Source: Vicugna vicugna
Lineage: Eukaryota
Direction of reading: 5' to 3'
Assembly (NCBI GenBank): GCA_013265495.1
Contig: MU059126.1
Span: forward strand, 7,058,349-7,122,348
Length of the DNA stretch: 64,000 bases
This document shows positions 39,371 to 51,952 of this stretch, piece after piece (within the stretch, counting starts at the first letter, position 1; each line of letters begins with the position of its first letter). A model generated the notes under the pieces. The model ran no database searches. It was not told the origin of the DNA and saw only the letters and a list, made by a program, of their open reading frames with translations. The position numbers and the translations under genes are program-made.

Positions 39371-40111
39371 CTTTAGGTAAATTATCTAATTTAACCCTCA
39401 CAAAAATTCTCTAGGCCACTGTTACCTCCATTTCACAGATGGGGTCACTGAGACCCAGAAAGAACAGGAAACATGCCTAAGGTTCCCCAGTTAAGTACTG
39501 GAGACTACTTTATCTGCTTCATATGCTCCAATTTTGAGTCCTCCAATCTAATCCCAGATTTTTCAGCAAGGATGCTGATTAGGGTCGCATCTCAAAGCAG
39601 AAAGAAGCACACCAGTTGGCATTAAGGGGAATTTGGCGTTTAAAGAATAACTTAGAGCCGTGTTTGGATACCAAGGCTACCAGACTGAAGTCATAAGGTT
39701 CTGTACTTCTCATAAATTCAATCTTTTAAGATTAACCTGGCTGTCATAAATATCACCAAACACTTAACAATGCAGGAGGACCAAAGGCCATTACGACAGC
39801 CTGTCTTACCAGGCGAAGGATTCAAATTAAATTCCATCAAATCACACTGAGTCAATACACTTTGACAAGCACATCACATCCAAAACCTCCAAGAGCCTGG
39901 AATTTTTTTTTTTTCTAATTTGCTCCCCCTTTCTCTTCACCAGGAGACAAAAGAAAGCCCAGGAAAATGCTGAATGGGGCAAAAGAAAATGCAACAAAGT
40001 TAACAGGGGACTACAGATGCCCTTCAGAATTTGTAAAAACACAAAAACAAGAGGGCGCGTTTCCATCCCTGCACAATATTGCTTTTGTTCAAGGGCCAAG
40101 TCTCAGTCGTG

Positions 40112-40553
40112 NNNNNNNNNNNNNNNNNNNNNNNNNNNNNNNNNNNNNNNNNNNNNNNNNNNNNNNNNNNNNNNNNNNNNNNNNNNNNNNNNNNNNNNNN
40201 NNNNNNNNNNNNNNNNNNNNNNNNNNNNNNNNNNNNNNNNNNNNNNNNNNNNNNNNNNNTGATCCCCAATTTTATCCCGGACTTATTTCCCAGGAGGTAA
40301 AAAGAACATGTGGCTAATTAAGGCACCGATCTCCACAGCCAGAAGGACTCAAGGTAANNNNNNNNNNNNNNNNNNNNNNNNNNNNNNNNNNNNNNNNNNN
40401 NNNNNNNNNNNNNNNNNNNNNNNNNNNNNNNNNNNNNNNNNNNNNNNNNNNNNNNNNNNNNNNNNNNNNNNNNNNNNNNNNNNNNNNNNNNNNNNNNNNN
40501 NNNNNNNNNNNNNNNNNNNNNNNNNNNNNNNNNNNNNNNNNNNNNNNNNNNNN
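40112..40553. other. two assembly gaps (148 N and 196 N) separated by a 98-bp island
   Basis: N at 40112-40259 and 40358-40553. Other gaps are at 9198-9334, 49157-49424, 60519-60541 and 61116-61295. Confidence 0.95.
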
Positions 40554-42289
40554 CTCTGGTTTGTCGCTTCTAATTAAGTCTCAACAAAATTTCTAGCTCC
40601 TAAATTTTAATTATACAAAACTCAGGGCCAACAGAGGAGATTATGACAAAGCTATGCCTGGTGATAAGGTAGTAGAAATCTGAATTTTGCTTTTCATGTT
40701 GGGCCTCTTAACTACTTTTTAAAATTATTCATAAACTGGTGATTCAAATCCTTTTATTCATTTTTAATTTTCAGGACCCTTACACCTTGCCATCCTTCCT
40801 TTAAGAAAGTAAACTCACCTGACAGGAGAACTGTGCTGCTCAAAAGAGTTATAGGTGAAAAGAACTTTGCTAAGACTCCTAAGTCAAATGTTTTAAGAGA
40901 TATTCACTTTAATTACATTAAGAATGTAAGCACATGCTCTCCTGGTTAGAAAATATATAACCACCACCATCTCCAACCCCAAAACCCATTCCAGCGGTAA
41001 TCAGTAAGAACAGCCTGATGTAGATTCAGCTAGACCCTCTTCTAGAACATTAGCTAGTTTTTAAAACACTGATTAAAATAATTCATTTTTCTAGGACCAT
41101 TCTCCATTTTAACAGCCTCCTATTTTATCTGTTTCATATACTCCAAGTTTGATTCATATCATTTTTTTTGCAAAGCTTTATACTAATAGGCAAAAACATC
41201 TAAACTTTATAAACAAGGCCTGAAAGACTAGTGTATTATTGGAAGCTAAATTTTCCTTAAAGTTTAGGCTAATGCTCAAAGAAGTCAATAAAAAGAGACA
41301 TATTCAGGGCAGGATCCAATATTCTTGTACTGACTGCAGCTCTAACCTTGTGCAAAGCCACCATACTCATTTACATATTTTTAGACACAGATCCCACCCA
41401 CTTATTTTAGTAGGGCAATGTTAAAATTAGATTTTGCTTGCACATGTCCACAGTCTCTATTGTTCAGGAACATACCTATAGAAGGTATCTTTCAAACCTA
41501 AGTCCTTCTTTCAATTGTTGGGATAACGCAGGTAACATTTGTGAAGAAGACTCGTGTAACATAAGATTACGGTAACATAAGACTTATTATAGCTGACATT
41601 GTCATCTAAAAGCAAGTGGAAAAACAACCAGAACTGAAGTTTCAGTTTCACGTCCTAAAATACAGTAAGAGCTATATAATACTGTAGAGGGGCAGGGGAA
41701 GAAAAATTCTAAATGCAACCATAATTTCAGGAGAAAATTCATGTTAAAAGACATGTGTGAGTCTATCAAATCAAGCATCTCAAAATTCATTTATACTACA
41801 AATATATTATTAATATGTATAGAACTATAAAGCTTACGAATTGTGAAGTCTGGTCCAACAGGACTTTTAGAACATAAGTCGTCTTGGGTCAGGATTTTTG
41901 GATGTTGTTACAGAAACTTTCACTGTAGAGCTTTCTGACCAATAATGATGACTATAACCAAACCGTGAATTACCACAGTGGTCAGTGTGGCTAGGCGGTA
42001 TTTTCATACAGTAAGAACGTATCCAGGTCTTTCATTTGGCGTATTGTGGAGACTCAGGGATACATTTATTATTCAGTATGGATGGCCCCTTACTAATTCC
42101 AAATGCTTAAGCTCATGTGTCCTTCCATTAAACCTATGAGACTCCTCTGCAGTTTCTCTTGGACCTCCCCCTTTGTTCTAACGTAGTCTGTTACCGGTGA
42201 TTCTTTAGAAATGTTTACAGTCTGTCCCTGAGCTGTAGAAAATATAGAGGAAGCCGGGTATGTGGTCCTAGGTAGATAAGGTAGGCTGA

Positions 42290-42420
42290 GGAGCCTAACT
42301 GTGTGACTTCAGGGACAATCTCTCCATGCCTCCACTTCCCCATGTCAAGGGAGGGATTTATCTTACTTATCCCACAGGATTGTTTGAGGGATAAATGAGA
42401 CAAAGGGTATGAAGGGTTCA
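42290..42420. mobile_element. MIR SINE
   Basis: CTGTGTGACTTCAGGGACAATCTCTCCATGCCTCCACTTCCCCATGTCAA...GGATTGTTTGAGGGATAAATGAG. Confidence 0.6.
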
Positions 42421-42564
42421 GCCAAACACCTAATTCAGCCAGTAATTAATGTCTCTGTAGCCATGTGCCTTTCCTCCATAGTACCACATTTACACCACTA
42501 GCTCCTATAAAAATTTTAAGCTATGGCCTTAAGCTCTGTAATAAACATTTATTACAGGTCCTAG

Positions 42565-42715
42565 GCTATCAAGAAATTTGGGTCATGCAGTCCAACTGAG
42601 TGGGTTCAAATCCTGACTGTACCACTTGCTTCAGCAACTTTGGATGAGCTATTTGATCCCTTCACCTCAGTTCCCACATCTGTGAAATGGGGACACTAAT
42701 AATAACTACCCAGTG
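42565..42715 (+). mobile_element. MIR SINE
   Basis: TGGGTTCAAATCCTGACTGTACCACTT...CCTCAGTTCCCACATCTGTGAAATGGGGAC. Confidence 0.75.
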
Positions 42716-42860
42716 CTGGGCATGCTAACCATGACTGCTATTCTAACAGCTATCCTGGGGAGATGGAGACTAGCTGGAAGGCAGGTGTCACATCTGTCAG
42801 AGTCTCTCTAAGCATTCTCTAAACAAAACACAGAGAGAGGAGTTAAGAAAGATGCTGAAC

Positions 42861-43018
42861 TGTTTACAATAGCTGAGACATGGAAGCAACCTAAATGTCC
42901 ATCGACAGATGAATGGATAAAAAAGATGTGGTATATATACAATGGAATATTACTCAAGCATAAAAAAGAATGAAATAATGCCATTAGCAGCAACACAGAT
43001 GGACCTAGAGATTACCAT
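42861..43018 (+). mobile_element. short internal L1 ORF2-end fragment (young-looking)
   Basis: TGTTTACAATAGCTGAGACATGGAAGCAACCTAAATGTCCATCGACAGATGAATGGATAAA...GAATGAAATAATGCCATT...ATGGACCTAGAGATT. Confidence 0.9.
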
Positions 43019-46000
43019 AGTATTTTTAACAGGTACGTATACTGTATCTCTGCTTATGTACTATGGCCCTTTAGAGGGCCACAGACCATTATAACATCTC
43101 AGACTTTGTTGTCCTCCAAGAGCCGATTTTTTGCTCTGCCAGGGGACAGTATTACCCCTGCCAAGGATGGAGGCTCTACAGATCTCAGCACACTGAAAAG
43201 AAATGATTATTCAAAGCCAGATAAAAAAGAGGCTCGCTCCAGTTTTCAGCCCTCACTCCCAGATCCTAGACCTCAATATTCTCCTTAAGGTGCCACCCTG
43301 CCCTCCAGTTATGGAATTAGGAGAATTGTGTACATGAGAGGAAACTGCTCCTATCAGTACGACTCTTTGTAACAGCAGAGAAAGAGGAGCTGAGCAAGTG
43401 CCCCTCATGCAAGTCCACAAAGTGACTTCAATGATGTCGAAGCAGCTCATTGAGAAGATAATAAAGATCCTCGTCCCTTAAGAGAAGGTGACCTTCCCAA
43501 ACCTGCATGGTTCAGGTATCCACTGAGCACGGCTGACTCAATCCACAACCTGAGGAGATCACACCATCGAGACTCTGTGGTACCCTTTGGCCGCATAAAA
43601 AATGGCCATGTCTCACAGTGGGAGAATTCATTTCCATCTTGTGGGCCAAAATTACCAAGTGAACATGGGATTACAGCTGATGTTTCCATGTTTCCGGAAA
43701 AGTGGAATTAATTCCTAGGCTTAGCTGTATCCAGGTTGACTATTTTGTTTTAGACAGCTGCTCCCCACAGAGCTGCCCTTCCAAGTGGACCAGGCCAAAA
43801 ATCTAAGCAAAGATGACTTTCTTCAGCCAGCATTTCATTACGCGTTCCTAGCCCCTAAACGCGGTGCAGGCAGAATACGACGTCTAAAATTAATCCATGC
43901 ACATGTCCTGAGATGCTCGCCCCACTGAGCCTGGGTTAAGTCAGATTTCACCTATGTACAACAACCCTGTGGAGCACTTTCTTTTGCCAGCCCTGAGGCA
44001 ACTCACCCCTTACCCACAAGGTACACATTCCTATTTGCAAGGGAAACAAACAGGCCACAGATCAAGGCCCAGGGAAGCTGGCACACACTTGTATCACCAG
44101 GATGACCTAAGTGTTTTCAATACACAGGGTAAGAGGTTCCCATTCTGCCTCAGGACAGGAGTTTGATGCAATATTCTCAAAAATACAGACAACCCAGAAG
44201 GAGAAGAAACTCTTTCTTTCTTTTGTTCCATTTACAAAGGTGAACAAAGAGAAAGAGGGTTTACATCCACTTGATCAAAACTGACAAATGTATTTCTTTA
44301 GACTTCACTCCCACAAAAGTTAATGGCTGGAAAGCAGCAGAAGCCAGGAGGGCTGCCCTCTCAAATGCTAAGAGCAGCTGCCCTCCTAGGAGCTCAAGAG
44401 AGGGAGGAGGGGGAGGGAGGAATGGAGAGTGTCTGCTGGTGTCTCCTTCCAAGCTGTTTAAACCTGTTTCATGTTTACAAGAACTGTCTATAATTTTTAA
44501 TTATCAGTGAGTTTTAATGGGAAAGAAAATTACCTTACATGTGACACTGAACACATCAAAGTGATACAACCAAGAGATTCAAAGACCCCATATGGAAAAG
44601 TGGTTTCTAGGAGGATGAAGAGATGTCTGCAGAACCTGGAAACCAAGTCCCTTTGTCCCGGGAGAAGACGTGATCTTGCAGACAATAGGTTTGATTCAAA
44701 AACAAAAGCTCACAGAGTGTTTGTGGTTAGTCACATGGACTGGAAAAAATATATGATGGCCCATGGACTACAGTATCATAAGAATTCTCGGATGTCCTTT
44801 TTTATGGGGACAGCACCTCTAGCAAGATTTCCTAAGGGGACTGAGTCAAGCCAATCAGATACAGACTGCATCTGTTCCCGCTTCTTTTGGCCAATGTGAT
44901 GCTAATAAAGTTCTGTGTTCCTGGCTAAATAAATCGGCAACAAAATCAAACGTATAGTGGGGTACAGGAGCAATCCCTTCTGCTAATCTGTAAGCAACCA
45001 GCCCACTTGTAACTCCACACACAATTTTTCCTGTTTCCGTGTCATGCCTAAAGAATAAGCCACACCTTCAAGATTCAACACCAGGTCAATTGCATAAATT
45101 ACACAGAAAAGGCCAGCAATTCAGTTATCCAGCCTTTCCCTCATCAGCGAAATCACAGAACGTCGGTTGTCGAACAGGGTGACAAGGAAGAAGGGCATCC
45201 ATCCAGCCTGACTTGCCAGAATCTCTATCGAAACAGGACGCTGCACAATGAGACATACACCAAATAAATGTCAATGTAAATTCAGTTTACAATGCAAAGG
45301 GCACTGGCAAAGTGTCTTCTGGTATTTGATGAACAGCAAGTATCATTTCTCATTCTGCAGCAATCTGCCCAACTGCTTAAATTACATGAGATGACTTGGA
45401 AAGGGGGGAAAATTAAAAAATAATTCCTTCAAACTACTTAAGATAAAATATCCTAAAGTTGTCAAAAATACATTTTTTTCTTTTAAATTCATATAACCTT
45501 TCTCCCAAGAAGAAAAAAACTCAATATACAATTTATTCCAGAGAGGACACCTTCCCTTTAAAGTTTTAAATTCCAAGGCAAAAGAAGGAAGGGAGAGAGG
45601 AAGGTAGAAAGGGAAATCCTTGAGAATTTCCTATAAATTTCTAAACAGAGAAATGTTTTCAAACTATACACTAATGTTTTCAAGCTATAGACTGTCAGAG
45701 TTCATATTATGTGAGAGTTAGGGAGAGGAATTCTGATGAACTCGCCAGTCTACGATCAGAGTAACCAGGTGTTTCCCTCATCAGTCAGAGTTAGAGAGAT
45801 GAGATAATGAAAATGCATGCTTGATGGATATATGGACGAGGATGCAGTGGATGGTATGTGACGCTTCTATAGCCATGAGACCTGACATGTGTCCACAAGG
45901 TCTGTGCCTGGTTCCCCCACTTTTGTTTGAAAGAAGCGAGATCAAATCTCAAACCTCAGGCATGCATGTCAATAAAACCCACCTGTGGAAGAAACTGCTT

Positions 46001-49000
46001 CCACTAATGGTTCTTAATGACATACTTTGTTAATTCGCAGTTTGAAACACAGAAGGTGTTCACTATTGTGAAAAATGCATTAGGCACTCAAAAGCACTGG
46101 TTATTTATGACAAAGAAGTATCCTTAAATTACAATACCCAATTGAATAGGGCTGCTCTTAAGAAACCTAGAGGAGATCTCTAACATGTAAATACAAAGCA
46201 ATAAGACTAATGCCACGTCATCCAACATGAAAGTCAGTAACAGAAATAAAACCGTAAATTAATCAAATCAATATAAAAACCAGCGGCTAATCCTCCAAAA
46301 CATCATGAATTTACAGACTGAACGATGACCATGTGAAGAATAAGTAATACAAGTTTCCAATCCCTGTGAATTCCAAAGACTGCTCCTTACTTCCTGGAAG
46401 CTATCAACAATTTAAAACATACTTTTTAAAGCTTCATATTTTAAGCATAGCTCTGTGAAAGAAAGGGTATTAATCAGAAAACACTATTTAGCTTTTCAAA
46501 ATCAGTCATTCAACCCAGTGACAGTAAAATGTAGGTACTGTGAGTCTGTGTGTGTGATTTCCTATCAAATTTTGGCAAACCAGTGGGAGTTGGAGAGATT
46601 TACCTAGAATTCTTCAGCACATGTTAGCATGTCAGACCGTATACATCTACCTCCACTGAGAAGCAGATATGTTCTGTTTTAGCAATTTACATCTTTAAAA
46701 ATTAAATGAAAAATCTACTCTGGCTGTACTATTAGAAAAAATACTTATTCAATATAATCTGTATTGTTATCCATAAATTCATACACTCAGTGTTACTAAT
46801 TTCATGGAAATGTATATTCATAGAAAAATGGTCCAAGATTAAGCAAATTAACTGTTTTTCTATTAACAATGTACTTCATAATACTATGCTTAGGATTTAA
46901 AAACTAAAAAAGAGAAAACAAGAAAATTATCATATTTCTCTCTTTTCATAATAAATATTTCATATTTTCATACATAAAACTTTCAAAAATACGTAAACTA
47001 TTTTTATAAAGTACCAAGTCATTAAGTATTTGAACTGATCATTTATATAATACTCTCCTTTAAAATGTAATATGAATCTCGTAGAATGTCATCTTACATG
47101 AAATCATTTATTTTTATTTGGTCCTCCACTTAAGGACACTAAAATCTGTCTAAATAGCTATCAAACCTATCCACATTGCTATGCCTACAATTCTTTCTTT
47201 TCATTTTTACGACACACTTCGCTACTTTATATAACTGAAATATAAAAATGCACAAGTTACACAGAGATAAACTAATTCAGTATTAAATATAAATTTACCA
47301 TTTGTTCATTTTTATTTAGATTAGGTCTTCCAGTTCTGCTAATTTATTTGTGTTTTAACTTTGGACATATTTCCGGCCTAACTGAATTGAGGGCTGCAGC
47401 TACACCAGGTGTTACCAGAACATGGCAACATATAAGGAAAGACGGGTATATTATTCAAACAATTTAGTATAGATTTTAATTTTAATCATTTCAAAATTAC
47501 ATACTTTAAGTAATAAAAACATTTAAAAATGATGTCCATCTTTAAGATGATATGGAAATGATGTTTCAACATATTTGGGTAATTTCTCCCCTATCGGATA
47601 TAACTGCCTTAATAGGAATATAGATTTCAACTAATACACTTTAATGTAATATCAAGCATTACCTTCAAATTGGACATAAACCACTACTAACACAAATCCA
47701 TGTCATCTCTTCTAAAATATGCCCTTCAGATTAAAAAAAGACTTAAAGAAAAAAAAAGACATATTTCTCCACATTATTATTTAATTCATACAGCTTTAAA
47801 TAATCTGTGGTATAGACAAAAACAATTATGATTCTTATGAGCACGAGACAACTTAAATCTTAAATAAATCTTACATCTATAGACACCTAGTGACTGTCAG
47901 TTTGCACTCAAGCAGAACAGAAAGATTTCATGTAGAATCTATTTCCAAGAGAAAACCTTGCCTTTACTTGGGGGAAGGTGGGGGGCAAAAAACAGCCATT
48001 AATTGTGGCAATATCCAGAACTTCAATCACAGTAGAGTAACATTTTACACTAAACCATTTGGATCTTTTTCGCCCTAGCAGAATAATTGGTTTCTCTATG
48101 AAAGAGTTTCACAAGTTCACCACTACATTTTAAGAGTCTTTGCAAATAAGAAAACAACTGACTTAAACTTTTGTTTTTGAAGAATCCCCTTCCTTCTTCC
48201 TGGAAAGGATCACAGATTGCTTCCCAAGTATAAAATGTCATTCCGTCTATGCGTTTTAATAGTAAACTTGAAATAGTGGGAGATGTACTTTCTGAGCACA
48301 GGAATGAATGCAAAGACCAACAAGGAATTACCAGTGGGTACAGTTCACCTTGTTTAATGAAGAGTAACACTTGGGACTCTTCAGGATGAATCAATCAGGT
48401 GAATGGATATAAAAGAAATTAAGAAGTAAGGAGGTCCCCTTACTTTTCTTTTAACTTCACTTGCATCAGTCACATTTAAGAGTTGTAATGTTTATCTTTA
48501 AACAAGGAGTACCTCCCAATGTGATGTGGAGGATACGTGTGTGAGACGGAATTCTATTCTTAGACTTGTTACAATTTTCTTCAGTAATTAGGAAGCTATA
48601 TGTCCCTGATAGAATGATGCTAACAAGCTCCTGCAGTTTCTACTCTAGCAAGAAATCAAAGAGACCCAAAACAGACAACTCATATCAGTTAAAGGATTAC
48701 ACAGTCTGGTTACTAAAGCGTAGAAAGCTCTGCTACAGTTTTATATCTGAAAAGACTTTCTAAAAAGATTCAAATTCTACAGCCAAGTTTACTTACAAAG
48801 GACAGAAGGAAACTAAAGAATGGCCATGCAATGTATTTAGGAGAAAACAATTACATACAAATTATTAGAAGAGGCTCATTTCAGATAATTTGTACATTAG
48901 GAAACTTTCCCAAAGGAAGAAAGATATCATTATAACAAACACCTATCCTAACTTGTAATTTCTCCTGGAACATCATTTAGTGAGGGTTACTACTAAATCT

Positions 49001-49064
49001 ACAGTTAGTTAACATCCTTCTTTGAAAATACAAAGTCGTGTAGAAATCAGTAGAGCTGACATAC

Positions 49065-49120
49065 AAATATGATTCGATGGTTCCAATATAACCAAATACA
49101 CACTGAGATAAATAAAACAC
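49065..49120 (-). other. candidate small cassette exon, 56 nt
   Basis: Good acceptor TTCTCCATTTTCTAG|GT (AG = 49121-49122). Only a moderate donor, TTT|GTATGT. Confidence 0.2.
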
Positions 49121-51140
49121 CTAGAAAATGGAGAATGTTGAAGAAGGCTTGGCCCANNNNNNNNNNNNNNNNNNNNNNNNNNNNNNNNNNNNNNNNNNNN
49201 NNNNNNNNNNNNNNNNNNNNNNNNNNNNNNNNNNNNNNNNNNNNNNNNNNNNNNNNNNNNNNNNNNNNNNNNNNNNNNNNNNNNNNNNNNNNNNNNNNNN
49301 NNNNNNNNNNNNNNNNNNNNNNNNNNNNNNNNNNNNNNNNNNNNNNNNNNNNNNNNNNNNNNNNNNNNNNNNNNNNNNNNNNNNNNNNNNNNNNNNNNNN
49401 NNNNNNNNNNNNNNNNNNNNNNNNGAACTGCTGTGGGAAAACCAAAAGACACACATTTACTTTTCTAATGAGACCCTGCGTTTGCATTTGGGGGTACCCT
49501 AAATTGCACCAAACTATGAAATGAGCCTGTGCAAATATAATCAAATCACGGAATAGTACTCCACCTAATTGAAAATCAAGAGCTAACAGGATTTAAGTCA
49601 TTAGTAGTTGAATTAAAATAAGTCGGCTTGATTGCATCTAGGCATTTTTATCATGCGGCTTTTTTTTTTTTGACATTTTATACTGCAGACTACTCATCAC
49701 CACCAAATATAGTGCCACCATCTGAAGTGCCAAGAAGCAAGGCATCTTAATGGCACCCAGATTTCCACAGTTAAAAATACATCACTTGATTTCCTTTTTT
49801 ATAACCGGATCTAACCAAATACCTACTCCTACATGCTATCTAAATTCCTTGGAGATATCTAAGATGTTTACTAGCACAGAATGGTTTAAAGAATAGGTAA
49901 ACTTTATCATGGGGACATTTTCCTATGATACAGGAAGTAAAAATCATTAATGAAAGAAGCATCTGGACCCGAATGTTAACACTGAACTCGACCTCAGCCT
50001 TTGGGAAAGAGGGCAGAAGGCAAGCTGGTTTGACAACCCAATTCTTCTTTTCTTGGTTTTCTTTGTACTGTTTTTTCTTCTGATTCTTCTTGGCTTGCTC
50101 TGCCCTACACGTGCTCGGTGAGTTCCCCATGAGGCCTGTTTCTAACGGTGCTGATACTGACCCTACCCAAAATTATTTAAAACGCTTAAACACTTTTCGT
50201 AAGTCGAAAGAGAAAGGACTTCCTGATTTTCCGAAATACAGTTTTTTATTGCTTATCTTGCCAGCCCTCTAAAATTAACCATTAAACCTTTCTCTGCCCT
50301 TGTTACCATATCCAGAAAAGAGAAATAACAGTAGGTTTTTTTTTAAATCTACCCACTTATCAAAGTAGGAGATGTTTTTTAAATGTCTGTTGTATCATTT
50401 ATACTCTAAAGCCCTATCTCTTAGGGATTTTGGGAGGATTAAAGAAAATAATGGAAGAAAATAATGCACACAAATCCCCTAATACAATGATCGCCATGCA
50501 GTGTGCCTCAACAAATGTTATTATCCAGAAAATTTAATTGTTTCCAGTAATATAATTTTCTTAAAAAAAATCACTGTTTAGGGCCAAGAATATAATACCT
50601 TAGTTAGCAACTGGCAACAGAAAAAGAGTAATATTTGAGAAAATATTCACTCCAAAGTTATTCTTCAAGAGAAGTATTTGCACCTTTAAGCTTCCTTCTT
50701 TGAGTATCAATCCCAGTCTCATCTTTATCCTCTAACAAAAGGCAAAATAAAGCCTTGAAATCACTGACCATCCTTATAAACTCCTTAAAGATAGGAACCT
50801 TCAAACTGCAGGTAAAAAAAAAATCAAAAACAAAAACAAACAAAAATCTCCACTTATAATGGATGAAGAAATGTTTGCATTTCACCCTCAGAGTTCTAGA
50901 AAACTACACAATAAAAATTACACTAGCAGATAACTCATTACTCAGCACAGAAAACTGGTTCAATAAACTGTGATAGGTTCATATAGCTTAATACCATCTA
51001 GCCATTAAAAATGGTATAGAGATATACTTATTGTTGTGAATAACACTATATAATATAATAAACTTAGAAAAGCCAGTTGCAATAAAGTATTCCAGGTATG
51101 ATTCAATTTAAAAAAATGCTCACTGTAAGAAAAAGTGCAA

Positions 51141-51209
51141 TGTGACTGGGACATTATGTTGTACACCAGAAAGTGACACACTGTAACTGACTATAGTTCA
51201 ATTTAAAAA
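51141..51209 (+). mobile_element. very short 5'-truncated camelid-type L1 3' end with TSD
   Basis: TGTGACTGGGACATTATGTTGTACACCAGAAAGTGACACACTGTAACTGACTATAGTTCAATTTAAAAA, flanked by AAGAAAAAGTGCAA (51127-51140) and AAGAAAAAGTACAA (51210-51223). Confidence 0.8.
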
Positions 51210-51427
51210 AAGAAAAAGTACAAAGATAAAGTTACCCTGAGCCACTGTTGGTATCACAATCCCTTAAGAAAACAGTATTATCAATTTGATTCAGAAATTT
51301 CATTGATGGATGATTTTGAAAATAATTCAAAACGCAGAAAAACTGCACTACAAAGCTGTTTATAAATTGCAAAATATTCTGAACCACCTAAATCTGTTCC
51401 CTTGTATGAGCATGATATGTAAATTAT

Positions 51428-51727
51428 AAGTGGAGATATGGGTCAAAGAATACAAACTTTCAGTTACAACACAAGTTCTGAGGATCTAATGCACAACATG
51501 GTAACTATAATTAATAATATTGTATTGTACACTTGAAATTTGCTTAGAGTAGATCCTAAGTGCTCCCACCACGAAGAAAATAAATAGTAACTGTGAAGCA
51601 ATAGATGTGTTTCACAATGTATGCATGTATCAAATCATCACATTACATATTTCATAGATGTATCATTATACACATTAAATAAATACAATTTTTGTCAGTT
51701 ATGCCTCAATAAACTTAAGGAAAAAAC
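51428..51727 (+). mobile_element. L1MA9/10-like 3' end
   Basis: GGTCAAAGAATACAAACTTTCAGTTA...TTCTGAGGATCTAATGCACAACATGG...TTGAAATTTGCT...CCTCAATAAA. Confidence 0.8.
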
Positions 51728-51910
51728 AAAATCATTCAAAAGATTTAAGTATAAAGTTGGTTAAAAAAGTCAACTATGATACATAGATTTGATCATATAT
51801 TACCTGTTTTTTTAAATGCACAAGTACGGAGCAAAGTGAGAAATGCATGTTGTAAGAGTAAATTAAAAAGTAGGATTCAAAAGTTATTTACATTCTAATT
51901 TAGAATAAGT

Positions 51911-51952
51911 AGAGAGAGAGAGAGAGAGTGTGTGTGTGTGTGTGTGTGTGTG
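51911..51952 (+). repeat. compound (AG)9(TG)12 microsatellite
   Basis: Read directly. Confidence 0.95.

Noticed and set aside
44507-44899. 130-aa plus-strand ORF
   Set aside because: No recognisable domain, no splice or promoter support, and antisense to the inferred gene. Its length is compatible with chance in 64 kb.
49009-49544. Longest ORFs in the track (111-165 aa)
   Set aside because: Their length is an artefact of N runs translated as X. The same applies to ORFs at 39967-40577 and 61078-61444.
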